In this document: one piece after another, positions 17,019-27,841 of the stretch
Layout: every line of letters starts with the position of its first letter
How positions within the stretch are numbered: position 1 is the first letter of the stretch
Origin: Pseudoalteromonas translucida KMM 520
Lineage (GTDB): Bacteria; Pseudomonadota; Gammaproteobacteria; Enterobacterales; Alteromonadaceae
Direction of reading: 5' to 3'
Length of the DNA: 32,000 nt
Assembly (NCBI RefSeq): GCF_001465295.1
Contig: NZ_CP011034.1
Span: 510,001 to 542,000, forward strand
Notes under the pieces: generated by a model
Database searches by the model: none
What the model was told of the DNA's origin: nothing
Seen by the model: only the letters and a program-made list of their open reading frames with translations
Position numbers and translations under genes: made by a program

Positions 17019-18134
17019 TTAACGCGCTAAAATATCACATATACGTTGGCATGCATTGCCGTCACCATAAGGATTATGAGCGCGACTCATTGTTTTGTAT
17101 GCAGCATCATCAGTTAGCAACTCATTTAATGCTGCGGTGATCTTAGCTACATCGGTACCAACTAATTTCACAGTACCTGCTTCAACTGCCTCTGGGCGCT
17201 CTGTGGTATCACGCATAACTAATACAGGTTTACCTAAACTTGGTGCTTCTTCTTGAATGCCACCTGAGTCAGTTAAAATAATATGAGCACGATTCATTAA
17301 GTATACAAATGGCAGGTATTGTTGTGGCTCAATTAAATGTACGTTATCAACATCTTTTAAAATGCGCTTTACTGGCTCTTGTACGTTCGGGTTTAAATGC
17401 ACAGGGTAAAGTATTTGCGTATTTGGATGAGTTTTTGCGGTTTGCGCTAATGCTTCGCAAATTCGCTCAAACCCACCACCAAAACTTTCACGGCGATGGC
17501 CTGTAACCAAGATAAGCTTTTTATTTCCATCAAGCATTGGGAATTGCGATGCGAGTGTATTACTTAATTCAGCATCATTTTCAATTTGCTGTTTAACCAT
17601 TAATAACGCATCAATTACTGTATTACCCGTTACAGATATGTTTTCAGCCGCGTAGTTTTCTTTTAGTAAGTTAGTTTTTGAATTTTCGGTGGGTGCTAAA
17701 TGGTACTTTGTAAGTGAGCCGGTTAATTTACGATTACCTTCTTCTGGCCACGGTGAGTAAATATTACCTGTACGCAATCCTGCCTCGACATGACCTACTG
17801 CGATTTGCTCATAATAAGCCGCCAGACTTGCTGCAAAAGTAGTCGCTGTATCGCCATGAACAAGCACTACATCGGGTTTAAACTCTTTAAGTACAGGCGT
17901 TAACTCTAGCAAAATACGGCTGGTTACTTCTGGTAATGTTTGGCCCGCTTTCATCAAGTTCAAATCATAGTCAGGGGTTATTTTAAACAGCTCAAGTACT
18001 TGGTCTAGCATTTCACGATGCTGCGCTGTTACACACACTTTAGCTTCAAAGCGACTATCGTTAGTTAATGCATGTACTAGCGGCGCCATTTTTATCGCTT
18101 CTGGACGGGTGCCAAATACGGTTAATACTTTCAC
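17019..18134 (-). CDS. wecB: UDP-N-acetylglucosamine 2-epimerase (non-hydrolysing)
   Basis: [28 protein letters not shown] and [21 protein letters not shown]. Confidence 0.92.
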   Translation of the reverse strand: MKVLTVFGTRPEAIKMAPLVHALTNDSRFEAKVCVTAQHREMLDQVLELFKITPDYDLNLMKAGQTLPEVTSRILLELTPVLKEFKPDVVLVHGDTATTFAASLAAYYEQIAVGHVEAGLRTGNIYSPWPEEGNRKLTGSLTKYHLAPTENSKTNLLKENYAAENISVTGNTVIDALLMVKQQIENDAELSNTLASQFPMLDGNKKLILVTGHRRESFGGGFERICEALAQTAKTHPNTQILYPVHLNPNVQEPVKRILKDVDNVHLIEPQQYLPFVYLMNRAHIILTDSGGIQEEAPSLGKPVLVMRDTTERPEAVEAGTVKLVGTDVAKITAALNELLTDDAAYKTMSRAHNPYGDGNACQRICDILAR

Positions 18135-18290
18135 TGTTATATCCTTTTAATAAATTAGAGTCTCGAAGCTCTGTTATGCTCGTTATCTGTGTTAAAAGTG
18201 CTGTGTGGGTTAAGCTCCCACGCAATAAGCTGCGCGTTTTTAGGCTGCCTTATCTTTCATTACTAATACTTGATTAAGCCTGAAAACTCC

Positions 18291-18989
18291 TTAGAGTTTA
18301 ATCTCTTCAACGGTTAACAAACGGTATTCACCCGCCGCTAGGTTTTCATCTAGTTTAATATTACCAATTTGTTCGCGGTGCAATTCAACCACTTTGTTGT
18401 CTACTGCGGCTAACATGCGCTTCACTTGGTGGTATTTACCTTCACAAATAGATAAACGTAAGCCGTAGTTAGCGAGGCGCTCTGCTTTTGCCGGACGGGT
18501 TAGATCTTTTTCGTTATGTAATTGTACCCCTTTGCGCAGTGCCTCTAACGATTCGTCGGTAATGGGCTCTTGGGTTTCTACTAAGTAGGTTTTAAATTTA
18601 TTGTTTTTAGGAGACGTTATTTTATGTGACCAGTCGCCATCGTTGGTTAAAATAACTAAGCCAGTGGTATCTATATCGAGGCGGCCTGCTACGTGAAAGT
18701 CGCTCATATTTGGCTCGTCAATTAAATCGAATACCGTTTTGTGCAGCTCATCACTATTGGCACTTACATAACCAACGGGTTTGTTTAACATGAAGTAGCG
18801 TTTACCTAAAAATACGAGTTGTTCACCTTGAAAAACCACTTTGTCTTGCTGCTTAATTTGAAAATCGAAAGCTGTGACTATTTCACCATTGACGAGTGCT
18901 GCTTGGCGTTTAATGCTGGCTCTGGCTTTTGAGCGTGGCAGCTCTGCTAAATGACTAATAAATTTATCTAGGCGGCAAGGGAATTTCAT
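18291..18989 (-). CDS. rsuA: 16S rRNA pseudouridine(516) synthase
   Basis: S4-like N-terminus, AGRLDIDTTGL catalytic motif, and GKYHQVKRM. Collinear with E. coli RsuA. Confidence 0.9.
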   Translation of the reverse strand: MKFPCRLDKFISHLAELPRSKARASIKRQAALVNGEIVTAFDFQIKQQDKVVFQGEQLVFLGKRYFMLNKPVGYVSANSDELHKTVFDLIDEPNMSDFHVAGRLDIDTTGLVILTNDGDWSHKITSPKNNKFKTYLVETQEPITDESLEALRKGVQLHNEKDLTRPAKAERLANYGLRLSICEGKYHQVKRMLAAVDNKVVELHREQIGNIKLDENLAAGEYRLLTVEEIKL

Positions 18990-19048
18990 TGGGGTTCACA
19001 TTTTGAGTCGGCTACAATGGACGCGATTATAACGGATAGTGAAATACC

Positions 19049-20158
19049 ATGACAGTGCAGGACTCACAAATAATAAGTCTTTACCAAGCCAAGGTTGCAT
19101 CGGGCGAGCTTAGCTTCGATGCTGCGCAAAATAATGCCGTACAGGCACTTAATTCGCTTAGTGAACAATTACAAATACAGTATAGCTGGTGGCAAAAGTC
19201 GCCACTCATAAAAGGTGTGTATTTGTATGGGCCGGTAGGGCGTGGTAAATCCATGCTAATGGATTTATTTTATAATAATGTGGCTATAAGTAAAAAACAG
19301 CGGCTGCATTTTCATCACTTTATAGCGCAGGTACATCAGCAGTTGGGGCTGTTACAAGGGCAAAAAGATCCGTTAATAATCATAGCTAAAAATTGGGCCA
19401 AAAATATTCGGGTGCTATGTTTTGATGAGTTTTTTGTTAGCGATATTGGCGACGCTATGATTATGGCTCGGCTGTTTGATGCATTACTTAAACAAGGTGT
19501 AGTGTTGGTGGCTACTTCAAACGCAAAACCAGAGCAGCTTTATTACAATGGCCTGCAGCGAGCACGATTTTTACCTACCATAGACTTAATTAATAATTAT
19601 TGCGAGATAGTTAATGTAGCGGGGGAGGAGGATCATCGTTTCCGCTATGGTAAAAATAGTAGTCATTACTTTATTAATTTACCCAGCGATGACTTTAAAG
19701 CTAAATTTTTAACGCAGTATCCGCAAGCATCGCAAAGTGGCGAGATCACGGTGCATGGTAGAGCGTTGCCTTATTTATTAAAAACAGCTAGTGCCATAAT
19801 GATTGATTTTATGGCGCTGTGCTCTGGCCCACGTAGTGCTAACGATTACATGTTTTTAGCTCAGCAATTTTCTGTGTTATACGTGGCAAATGTGCCAAAA
19901 ATGGGTGTAGGCGCAACCGGTAAAGTAATAGTGCACGGTATAGAGGACAGCTACCAGCGTGAAAAACAAACTCTAGACGAGCACTTTTTTGATGATGAAG
20001 CACGACGTTTTATTGCTTTAGTCGATGAGTTTTATGACTGCCATAAGTTACTGGTTATAAATGCACAGGCTGATATAGACACCTTGTATCAAGGTAAAAA
20101 ACTAAGCTTTGAATATGCACGAACGCAATCGCGCATAGTCGAAATGCAAAATTGGTAA
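19049..20158 (+). CDS. zapE: cell division protein ZapE (AFG1-like ATPase)
   Basis: Walker A GPVGRGKS and Walker B LCFDEFFVSD. Length and layout match the YhcM/ZapE family. Confidence 0.88.
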   Translation: MTVQDSQIISLYQAKVASGELSFDAAQNNAVQALNSLSEQLQIQYSWWQKSPLIKGVYLYGPVGRGKSMLMDLFYNNVAISKKQRLHFHHFIAQVHQQLGLLQGQKDPLIIIAKNWAKNIRVLCFDEFFVSDIGDAMIMARLFDALLKQGVVLVATSNAKPEQLYYNGLQRARFLPTIDLINNYCEIVNVAGEEDHRFRYGKNSSHYFINLPSDDFKAKFLTQYPQASQSGEITVHGRALPYLLKTASAIMIDFMALCSGPRSANDYMFLAQQFSVLYVANVPKMGVGATGKVIVHGIEDSYQREKQTLDEHFFDDEARRFIALVDEFYDCHKLLVINAQADIDTLYQGKKLSFEYARTQSRIVEMQNW

Positions 20159-20207
20159 AATCATAATCGGTTCTAGACTAAACTCTGAGTTTAAATTTGA
20201 ACACGTA

Positions 20208-20245
20208 TATTTTAATTGAATTAAATATACGTGTTCCAATCATAA
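20208..20245. terminator. long hairpin between convergent zapE and galE (bidirectional terminator candidate)
   Basis: GAACACGTATATTT pairs with AAATATACGTGTTC (14-bp stem). A second hairpin, CCCTAT-AAAA-ATAGGG, lies at about 20263-20278. Confidence 0.6.
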
Positions 20246-20297
20246 TTAACATATCCCTATAAAAATAGGGACATATTAATTATAGGTATATGGTTTT

Positions 20298-21311
20298 TTA
20301 CTTATACCCATTTGGGTTATTTGACTGCCAGCGCCAGGTGTCTTGCATCATAGTATCTATACCGCGCATCGCTTGCCAGCCTAATTCATTCAGGGCTTTT
20401 TCAGGAGCTGCGTAACAAGCGGCTATATCGCCAGGGCGACGTGGTGACACTTGATATGGTACTGCTTGATCACTGGCCTTAATAAAGGCGTTCACCATTT
20501 GCAGTACTGAATAACCGTTGCCTGTACCTAGGTTATAAACCAATGCGCCGGTGTTTGTGGCAATTTTATTCAGTGCTTTTAAATGCCCTAAAGCTAAGTC
20601 GACTACGTGAATGTAGTCGCGCACGCCGGTGCCATCTACAGTGTCGTAATCATCGCCAAATACGGCTAGTTGCTTGAGCTTGCCCACAGCGACTTGTGAA
20701 ATATACGGTAATAAATTATTAGGGATCCCGTTTGGATCTTCACCAATTAACCCCGATTCATGCGCGCCTACTGGGTTAAAGTAGCGCAAAATAGCAAAGG
20801 CAAAGCGCTCGTCTGATTTTGCGATATCTTGCAACATCATTTCAACCATTAACTTTGATGTACCATAAGGGTTGGTGGTGCCACCAACAGGGAAGTCTTC
20901 TTTAATAGGTAGGCTTGCTGGGTCGCCATAAACGGTTGCTGATGAGCTAAATACTAACTTAAATACACCCGCATCGCGCATCGCATCAACTAGTGTTAAT
21001 GTACCTTGTACGTTATTTTGATAATACTCAATTGGTTTTACAACCGATTCACCTACCGCTTTTAAGCCAGCAAAGTGAATTACGCTATCAATAGTATGCT
21101 TAGCAAATACTGAGTCTAAAAATGCTTTATCGAGAATATCACCTTGGTAAAAAGTTACTTCTTTACCGGTAATTTTTTTAACGCGTGTAAGTGACTCTGA
21201 TGATGAATTGCTTAAATTATCAATAACAACAACATTACTGTTTTGTTGTAAAAGTTCTAAAACAGTGTGCGAGCCAATATAGCCTGCGCCACCGGTTACT
21301 AAAATAGTCAT
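20298..21311 (-). CDS. galE: UDP-glucose 4-epimerase
   Basis: [15 protein letters not shown] Rossmann motif and YGTSK catalytic motif. ATG at 21311 is preferred over the upstream alternative start in the track. Confidence 0.9.
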   Translation of the reverse strand: MTILVTGGAGYIGSHTVLELLQQNSNVVVIDNLSNSSSESLTRVKKITGKEVTFYQGDILDKAFLDSVFAKHTIDSVIHFAGLKAVGESVVKPIEYYQNNVQGTLTLVDAMRDAGVFKLVFSSSATVYGDPASLPIKEDFPVGGTTNPYGTSKLMVEMMLQDIAKSDERFAFAILRYFNPVGAHESGLIGEDPNGIPNNLLPYISQVAVGKLKQLAVFGDDYDTVDGTGVRDYIHVVDLALGHLKALNKIATNTGALVYNLGTGNGYSVLQMVNAFIKASDQAVPYQVSPRRPGDIAACYAAPEKALNELGWQAMRGIDTMMQDTWRWQSNNPNGYK

Positions 21312-21585
21312 GAATGCTCCGTGGATACCTTTTATCAATAATGTTGATTGCACCATAAATTGCGATATTTTACATGCATTATCTGCTTTAAATACGCTGT
21401 TATTTTAAAAAAGCTAGATTTATATATTTGATTACATTTTGTACGCTTTAAGTAACACTTATGCCACAAAATTAAGTTATAGTTAATAAACAGCTGTTAA
21501 AATGAACTCAGTTATTTAGGTGTTAATACTGAGCATGCCCTAATTGCAATAATGTAATATTTGGCGCACCTTTTTGGAGAGTGAT

Positions 21586-22077
21586 ATGAATTCAGTAAAC
21601 AAAATCGCAATGTTAATGTGCTTTGCACTACCAGCACTTGCCCAGGCGGGTGAGTCGGCTATTAAATGGCATGATTTTAAAGACTATCGTGATGTACGCG
21701 AATCCAATCAAGGTAAAGCTTCGTACCATAAGCATATAGCGAGCAGCATTGAAGAGCATGTTGCTAAACTTGCAGAGCAACTGCCAAAAGACTACAAACT
21801 TAGCCTAGAGATTACTGATGTCGATTTAGCTGGCGATGTACGCTATGGCGGTATTAATGAAATTAGGGTGGTTAAGCCTATTTATTTTCCGCAACTCAAA
21901 CTTAATTATTCACTTACCAATGATAAAGGTGAGGTAATAAGTGCAGCAAGTGATGTAAAGCTTAAAGATATGGGCTTTATGGATAAAATTAAAATGGGCC
22001 GAGATGGACCTTTTAATTACGAAAAACGCTTACTTACAGAGTGGTTTGGTGAGGAAATATTACCGAAATTAGATTAA
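21586..22077 (+). CDS. DUF3016-like secreted protein
   Basis: Signal peptide ends ALAQA/GES. The IKWHDFKDYRDV and EITDVDLAGDV patterns match the family. ATG at 21586 follows GGAGAG. Confidence 0.65.
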   Translation: MNSVNKIAMLMCFALPALAQAGESAIKWHDFKDYRDVRESNQGKASYHKHIASSIEEHVAKLAEQLPKDYKLSLEITDVDLAGDVRYGGINEIRVVKPIYFPQLKLNYSLTNDKGEVISAASDVKLKDMGFMDKIKMGRDGPFNYEKRLLTEWFGEEILPKLD

Positions 22078-22090
22078 CTGAGCTTTACAA

Positions 22091-22116
22091 AAACGCCGCT
22101 AAATAGCGGCGTTTTT
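22091..22116. terminator. Rho-independent terminator (bidirectional, A/T flanked)
   Basis: AAACGCCGCT pairs with AGCGGCGTTT and is followed by TTT. Confidence 0.85.
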
Positions 22117-22156
22117 AATGCTTGTAGAATAATAAACTTTTTAACTAAAGTTTACG

Positions 22157-22447
22157 TTACTTAAAGGTAGCCAACAAAGTAAGTAATTGCTGTAACTTAA
22201 TAACGGTGGTTTTAAGTTTTTCTTCATTAAAACCGTCACTAGATAAGCTTTCTACGTCGGCTGCTACATCAAGCACATATGGCTTAAAGCGTTTAGCTTC
22301 AAAGGTAAAACCTGAGTCAGCTGTAAAGAGTGCTTTAAATTTTCCGTGACCTTGCTGTTGTAACTCGTCGAGTTTTTTGTCAGCATCAAGCGCCTGTCGG
22401 TAAACAATTTTTAAGTTAGCGTTGAGTTGTTCAATAATAGAATCCAT
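22157..22447 (-). CDS. hypothetical 96-aa helical protein (weak resemblance to the N-terminal part of PriC)
   Basis: Clean ATG ORF with coiled-coil-like composition. The family assignment is not secure. Confidence 0.5.
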   Translation of the reverse strand: MDSIIEQLNANLKIVYRQALDADKKLDELQQQGHGKFKALFTADSGFTFEAKRFKPYVLDVAADVESLSSDGFNEEKLKTTVIKLQQLLTLLATFK

Positions 22448-22455
22448 GGTTTTCC

Positions 22456-22482
22456 TAAAGCTTTGTATTGAGTTGCCGATAA
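22456..22482 (+). promoter_or_regulatory. sigma-28 (FliA) type promoter
   Basis: TAAAGCTT-N11-GCCGATAA compared with the consensus TAAAGTTT-N11-GCCGATAA (15 of 16 positions). It lies 134 nt upstream of the YjfB-like ATG. Confidence 0.75.
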
Positions 22483-22615
22483 TTTATTATGTAGCATGCG
22501 TATACTGCATATGTTACTTGGATTATATTTAAAAGTCAGGTTTTTAGCACTGTGCCTTGTTCAAGTCCTTTTAAATAATTGCACAATAAACACTGATTAA
22601 AGGTGGATTAATTTT

Positions 22616-22825
22616 ATGAATATAGCAGGTGGAAATTTACCGGTAATGCCAAGCTCAAGCCAAGGCGGCGAGGTGTTGAGCGCTGCATTGTCTAAAAAAC
22701 AGCAACTAGCTGATGGCGCAGCTGCATTAGCACTGATTGAGGGTGCTGCGCAGTCATCCAGCGCGCAAACACCGACTAAGTCGGCGACTGCAACACTGGG
22801 TAATAACGTAAACATTTACGTTTAA
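22616..22825 (+). CDS. YjfB-family putative motility protein (69 aa)
   Basis: Central LSAALSKKQQLADGAAALALIEG and C-terminal LGNNVNIYV match the YjfB motility-protein pattern. It is preceded by the sigma-28 promoter. Confidence 0.7.
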   Translation: MNIAGGNLPVMPSSSQGGEVLSAALSKKQQLADGAAALALIEGAAQSSSAQTPTKSATATLGNNVNIYV

Positions 22826-22833
22826 ATACGGCT

Positions 22834-23847
22834 TTAAATTAACTTGAGATCGATTGGCGTTTTACTTTTTTCACCGCCAATCTCTCTGACCAATTTAGGT
22901 ACTAAAAACCCAGGTAGGGCTTCTAACAGCTCTGCCATTATTTTTATTGCTTGCTCCTCACTAATGTCAAAGTGGCTTGCCCCTTCTACCTTATCTAGCA
23001 AATGTAGATAATAGGGTAATACATCGGCATCAAATAACGCTTCACTTAAATTTACTTGTGCTGCAGTTGTATCGTTCACATCTTTTAAAATAACCGCTTG
23101 ATTAAATAGCACTACACCCGCTTGTTTAAGTTTTTGCATTGCGGCTTTAAAGTCGTCGTCTATTTCGTTGGCATGGTTTATATGATTAACAAACACAATT
23201 TTTAATGGCGATCTTGCAAGTCGTTCGCATAATTCATCGGTAATGCGCGCCGGAATAACTACCGGCAGACGGGTATGAATTCGCATGCGTTTAATTTGTG
23301 GTAGTTGCTCAAGCTCATCTAAAAACCAACTAATGGCATCGTCTTTGGCCATGAGCGGATCGCCACCACTTAAAATCACTTCATTTATATTATTGTCGGA
23401 TTTTATATAGCTAAGCGCATCGAGTAGACTTTTTTTATTAAGTTGGTTTTCTTGATACGGAAAATGTCTGCGAAAACAGTAACGGCAATTTATTGCACAA
23501 CCGGTTTTAAACATCACTAAAACACGCGATTTATATTTGTGTAATAGTCCCGGATGTTGATTGCTCTGTTCAAGCAGGGGATCTTTATTAAAACCGCTTT
23601 TAGTTAAAAATTCTTGATGGCGCGGCATCACTTGTAATAATAATGGATCGTTTGCATCGCCTTTACGCATTTTTTTTATAAATGGTATTGGCACACGAAC
23701 TGGGAACAAGCTACGAGCTTTTATGTCGTTATCATGGACTTGGCTCGATAAACCGACCATTTCTAGCAACACTTTTGGACAGGTAACTACATTTGCTAAT
23801 TCTTTTTGCCAGTTTTTATGCAAATTTGCTTCATTTCTTTGTATCAT
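22834..23847 (-). CDS. epmB: EF-P beta-lysylation protein EpmB (lysine 2,3-aminomutase-like radical SAM)
   Basis: CAINCRYCFRR radical-SAM cluster motif and the conserved position divergent from efp. The start is ATG 23847 or GTG 23853. Confidence 0.9.
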   Translation of the reverse strand: MIQRNEANLHKNWQKELANVVTCPKVLLEMVGLSSQVHDNDIKARSLFPVRVPIPFIKKMRKGDANDPLLLQVMPRHQEFLTKSGFNKDPLLEQSNQHPGLLHKYKSRVLVMFKTGCAINCRYCFRRHFPYQENQLNKKSLLDALSYIKSDNNINEVILSGGDPLMAKDDAISWFLDELEQLPQIKRMRIHTRLPVVIPARITDELCERLARSPLKIVFVNHINHANEIDDDFKAAMQKLKQAGVVLFNQAVILKDVNDTTAAQVNLSEALFDADVLPYYLHLLDKVEGASHFDISEEQAIKIMAELLEALPGFLVPKLVREIGGEKSKTPIDLKLI

Positions 23848-23888
23848 TGGCACGTAGATTACTCGAAAAAATATAAATAGAGGAAACG

Positions 23889-24455
23889 ATGGCGAATTAT
23901 AGCACCAACGAGTTCAAGGGCGGCCTAAAAATTATGATGGATGGCGAGCCTAGTAGTATCATAGAAAATGAAATGGTGAAACCTGGTAAAGGCCAAGCGT
24001 TTAACCGTGTTCGTATCCGTAAACTTATTTCAGGTAAGGTACTTGAAAAAACCTTTAAATCGGGTGAATCTGTTGAAGGTGCTGATGTAATGGATACTGA
24101 TTTAGCGTATTTATACACAGACGGCGAATTTTGGCATTTCATGAATAACGAAACATTTGAGCAAATTGCCGCTGACGAAAAAGCGTTAGGCGATGCGGGT
24201 AAATGGTTAGTTGAAAATGACGTATGTACAATTACATTATGGAACGGTAATCCGATTGTAGTAACACCACCTAACTTTGTTGAGCTGGAGATCACTGAAA
24301 CTGATCCGGGCCTTAAAGGTGATACAGCCGGAACTGGCGGTAAACCTGCAACATTAAGTACAGGTGCTGTGGTACGTGTTCCACTATTTGTACAAATAGG
24401 CGAAGTTATTAAAGTAGACACCCGTAACGGTGAATACGTAAGCCGCGTTAAATAA
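23889..24455 (+). CDS. efp: elongation factor P
   Basis: 188 aa. The KPGKGQAF loop carries the modifiable Lys34. Confidence 0.95.
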   Translation: MANYSTNEFKGGLKIMMDGEPSSIIENEMVKPGKGQAFNRVRIRKLISGKVLEKTFKSGESVEGADVMDTDLAYLYTDGEFWHFMNNETFEQIAADEKALGDAGKWLVENDVCTITLWNGNPIVVTPPNFVELEITETDPGLKGDTAGTGGKPATLSTGAVVRVPLFVQIGEVIKVDTRNGEYVSRVK

Positions 24456-24514
24456 TTTTAAGCGTCGCTTTATAAAATCCTAGCTTAAAAGCTGGGATTT
24501 TTTTTGGAGAAAAT

Positions 24515-25489
24515 ATGTCAGTAAATCTTTGGGCTCCCAGTGCAAGTATTGCAACACTTAAGCAGCGAGCTGTTATTTTACGCAGTATTCGCGAGTTCTT
24601 TTATGCTCGCAATGTAATGGAAGTAGAAACCCCCAGTTTAAGCGGAGCCAGTGTAACCGATATACACTTAGTGAGTTTTAACACTCGATTTGTAGGCCCA
24701 GGGCACGCCAGCGGCCTTGAGCTATATTTACAAACCTCTCCAGAGTTTGCAATGAAGCGCTTGTTAGCAGCGGGCTCAGGGCCTATATTTCAGTTGTGTA
24801 AAGCATTTAGAAACGAAGAAGCAGGCAGCCATCATAATCCAGAATTTACCATGTTGGAATGGTATAGACCGGGGTTTGACGAATTTGCATTAATGGCTGA
24901 AATAGATGAGCTAATGCAGCTTATTTTAAATGTTGCACCGAGTGAGCGGTTAACTTACCAGCACGCATTTGAACAAGTGCTTGGGCTTGATCCACTCACT
25001 GCTAGTTTAGAGCAATTACAACAGCTTGCTTGCGAGCAAGGGTTTGCTGATATAGCTAAAAATGAGACGCATAAAGATACCTTACTGCAGCTTTTATTTT
25101 GTATGAAAGTAGAGCCAACAATTGGCCAACATAAGCCGTGTTTTGTGTATCACTTTCCGGCATCGCAAGCGGCACTGGCACAAATTTGCGAGCATGATAA
25201 CCGCGTAGCAGGGCGGTTTGAGCTGTATTATAAAAATATGGAATTAGCTAATGGCTTTAACGAGCTAACTAATGCGACAGAGCAAGCTAAGCGTTTTAAT
25301 GACGATAATGAATACCGTAAACAAAATGGCTTAAAGCAAGTACCAATGGATAAACATTTAATTGCTGCGCTTGAACATGGACTAGCGCCTTGTGCAGGGG
25401 TAGCGCTGGGCATAGACAGGCTAGTAATGTTAGCCACGCAAAAGAGTAATATAAAAGAAGTTATTGCGTTTGATGTGACAAGGGCTTAA
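24515..25489 (+). CDS. epmA: EF-P-lysine lysyltransferase EpmA (GenX/PoxA)
   Basis: Collinear with E. coli EpmA ([33 protein letters not shown]). Confidence 0.92.
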   Translation: MSVNLWAPSASIATLKQRAVILRSIREFFYARNVMEVETPSLSGASVTDIHLVSFNTRFVGPGHASGLELYLQTSPEFAMKRLLAAGSGPIFQLCKAFRNEEAGSHHNPEFTMLEWYRPGFDEFALMAEIDELMQLILNVAPSERLTYQHAFEQVLGLDPLTASLEQLQQLACEQGFADIAKNETHKDTLLQLLFCMKVEPTIGQHKPCFVYHFPASQAALAQICEHDNRVAGRFELYYKNMELANGFNELTNATEQAKRFNDDNEYRKQNGLKQVPMDKHLIAALEHGLAPCAGVALGIDRLVMLATQKSNIKEVIAFDVTRA

Positions 25490-25564
25490 AGCAACTTAAC
25501 ATGCAGGGGGCTGTTAGTTAGTAATTAACCTCTCGCATGAGCAGGCTCTACGACTACCGGATAT

Positions 25565-25602
25565 AAAAAAACCGCGTTTATTAAAATAATCGCGGTTTTT
25601 TT
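25565..25602. terminator. bidirectional Rho-independent terminator
   Basis: AAAAAAACCGCG pairs with CGCGGTTTTTTT between convergent epmA and the TonB-dependent receptor. Confidence 0.8.
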
Positions 25603-25639
25603 AACTGAGTACTAAGACCGAAAAGCTGTCAGCTTTACT

Positions 25640-27772
25640 TTATAAATTCAGTGTAAAGGTAACGCCAGCTACACGTGGCTCACCTAGTTGGGTGTAGGTG
25701 TGATCAGCGTAACCATCAAGTGGGTTATTACCAAACTCAAAACCGCGAGTAGGCACTGTTTCGTCAAACACGTTACGTGCCCAAGCGCGTACAGCCCAGC
25801 TATCGGCTTCATAACCTAAGCTTATATTCACTAAATTACTGTTTGGTGCTTGTGCATTATGGCTATCTGAGAAGTAATAATCGTCTTTGCCTTCAACGCC
25901 TACCATGGCATAAAGCTCGTTGGTAAGGTTGTAACGGGCACTTAGTGCGTATTGATATTTAGGTGACTGTGCTTGGTCGCGACCGTCTTGGTTTAAACCC
26001 GCTTTAGTTACAAATTTGTTTATTTTAGTATTTAAATAACCAGCGCTACCGCTAATAAGTAAATCGTCGGTTAGCTGGTAGCTCCCTTCAAGTTCAAGGC
26101 CATAGTTACTGCCAGAGCTCGCGTTATCTACATAACCTGTAAACTTCTGATCTTGTACTTGCCATGACTTTAACTGAATGTTGTCGCGGTGCATGTAAAA
26201 CGCAGCTAAACGCAGAATAAATTTGTCATCAAGGGATGATCCCTTAACACCAAACTCACCGCTCCATAAGTATTCTGGATCAAAACTGGTGTGCTGTTTA
26301 AAAAATTCCGCATCAAGATTTAAGCCTTCATCTTTGGCTTTAGCGAGCGCTTCCGAGTTAATACCGCCGGCTTTATAACCACGGGTAATACTGGTGTAGA
26401 TCATGGTGCGATCAATTACTTGGTACTCAAGCGCTATTTTTCCGCCAATCATAATGTCGTCGGTATCTTCAATAAAGCCGTTATTATCGGCGTAATCACC
26501 TTGGTATTGCTCAACACGTAGGCCGGTAATTAAGGTGGTTTTAGGTCCAATAGGAGTCGCTAATTGGCCGTATACTGCCACGTTATTGGTTTCATACGTT
26601 GAGTTAAATGGGCTAGCTAACCAGGTATATTGGCGTTCTAAATCTACGTCACGGTTTTGATAGTAAATACCTGCAACCCAGTTGCCGGTTTTACTTTTAA
26701 ATTGTAAATCGACCCCTTGATCATCGCGATCGCGGCTGTAAACATCGGTCGAACTGTAACCATCAGGGTGCAAACCAGCGGCGCAAAGCTGTGGTTTACT
26801 CGGATCGTTACATACCCAATCTTCATCAAAGCTATAAAATAATTCACTGTCGATTGCCGATAAGCTTAAGTTTACGTCAAATAAATCAAAGCCCGTATAC
26901 GTGTTATTTAGACCAATAGCGTAACTTAATTGGTTATCTTCACCGGGTTCATCGGCAACACTGTTACGGCCGTTATCAAGTGCGAAGGTATCGTAACCGT
27001 TGTTAATATCAATATAGTGTAGATTTAATTCTGTGCGTAAATTGGCAGTCACTTGGCTGTTTAATTTAAAGCGAGCTACTTGCTCGTCTTGCCCTTGAGT
27101 TGGCTTATTTAGGTATAGGTTATCTACATAGCCATCTGATTTTCTACGAAAGTAGCTAACACGAGCGCTGGTATCGTCGGTTAAACCTGTACTTGCAGCA
27201 AGACCAGCTTCGCGGCTGTTGTAAGTGCCTGCACCGACTTGTAGTTTTAAGCTAGGATCACTTGTTGCTTGCGCCGATTGCATTTGGATCATACCGGCCA
27301 TACCGTCGGCACCAAAGCGTGTACCTTGTGGGCCACGGTAAATTTCTACTTGGTCAATATCAAATAATAATGCACTGCCACCAAGGCCTGAGTAGTTAAT
27401 GCCATCAATAACTAAACCAACCGAAGGATTAATAGGATCAACAAACTGTGAACGCAGTCCTACGCCACGAATTTGAATATAACGACCGCGAGAAGCCCCA
27501 GAAGCAAAATTAATATTGGCAGTACTACCAAGCATTTCGTCTAGGTAGGTTGCACCTCGTAAATTAACTTCATCTTCGCTAAATAAGCTGGCGCTAGCAC
27601 TTAAGGTTTGAATGCTTTCTCGTTGAAAATCACCAGTAACAACAATGCGTTCTAGATCTGTATCGTCAGCGTTGGCGGTAACTGATGCACCAAACAGTGG
27701 TAATAATGCGGCGGTAATTAAAGACAAACGTAAGTTCATTAGGTTACTTAACTCCATTTTAGGGACTTGCAT
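25640..27772 (-). CDS. TonB-dependent outer-membrane receptor
   Basis: Signal peptide ends VTANA/DDT. Plug motifs are ERIVVTG and IQIRGVG, followed by a long beta-barrel with C-terminal TFTLNL. The real start may be the internal MNLRLSL at 27739. Confidence 0.88.
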   Translation of the reverse strand: MQVPKMELSNLMNLRLSLITAALLPLFGASVTANADDTDLERIVVTGDFQRESIQTLSASASLFSEDEVNLRGATYLDEMLGSTANINFASGASRGRYIQIRGVGLRSQFVDPINPSVGLVIDGINYSGLGGSALLFDIDQVEIYRGPQGTRFGADGMAGMIQMQSAQATSDPSLKLQVGAGTYNSREAGLAASTGLTDDTSARVSYFRRKSDGYVDNLYLNKPTQGQDEQVARFKLNSQVTANLRTELNLHYIDINNGYDTFALDNGRNSVADEPGEDNQLSYAIGLNNTYTGFDLFDVNLSLSAIDSELFYSFDEDWVCNDPSKPQLCAAGLHPDGYSSTDVYSRDRDDQGVDLQFKSKTGNWVAGIYYQNRDVDLERQYTWLASPFNSTYETNNVAVYGQLATPIGPKTTLITGLRVEQYQGDYADNNGFIEDTDDIMIGGKIALEYQVIDRTMIYTSITRGYKAGGINSEALAKAKDEGLNLDAEFFKQHTSFDPEYLWSGEFGVKGSSLDDKFILRLAAFYMHRDNIQLKSWQVQDQKFTGYVDNASSGSNYGLELEGSYQLTDDLLISGSAGYLNTKINKFVTKAGLNQDGRDQAQSPKYQYALSARYNLTNELYAMVGVEGKDDYYFSDSHNAQAPNSNLVNISLGYEADSWAVRAWARNVFDETVPTRGFEFGNNPLDGYADHTYTQLGEPRVAGVTFTLNL

Positions 27773-27841
27773 GGTAGCAATTATTTCAGTACATGTGCTA
27801 TAAACGCGGCAATTATACGTTAAATAATTTGGATTACGAAT

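Noticed and set aside
22597-22815. 72-aa minus-strand ORF antisense to the YjfB-like gene
   Set aside because: It is a mirror image of an Ala/Ser-rich coding region. The plus-strand ORF has a recognisable family pattern, a sigma-28 promoter and a sensible start.
23897-24421. 174-aa minus-strand ORF inside efp
   Set aside because: It is a shadow ORF on the opposite strand of a highly conserved gene, with a low-complexity Ser/Pro/Thr product and no start context.
27773-27841. Fur box in front of the TonB-dependent receptor
   Set aside because: Only a GAAATAATTGC fragment resembles the Fur consensus. The receptor's IQIRGVG-type plug is also common in non-siderophore receptors.
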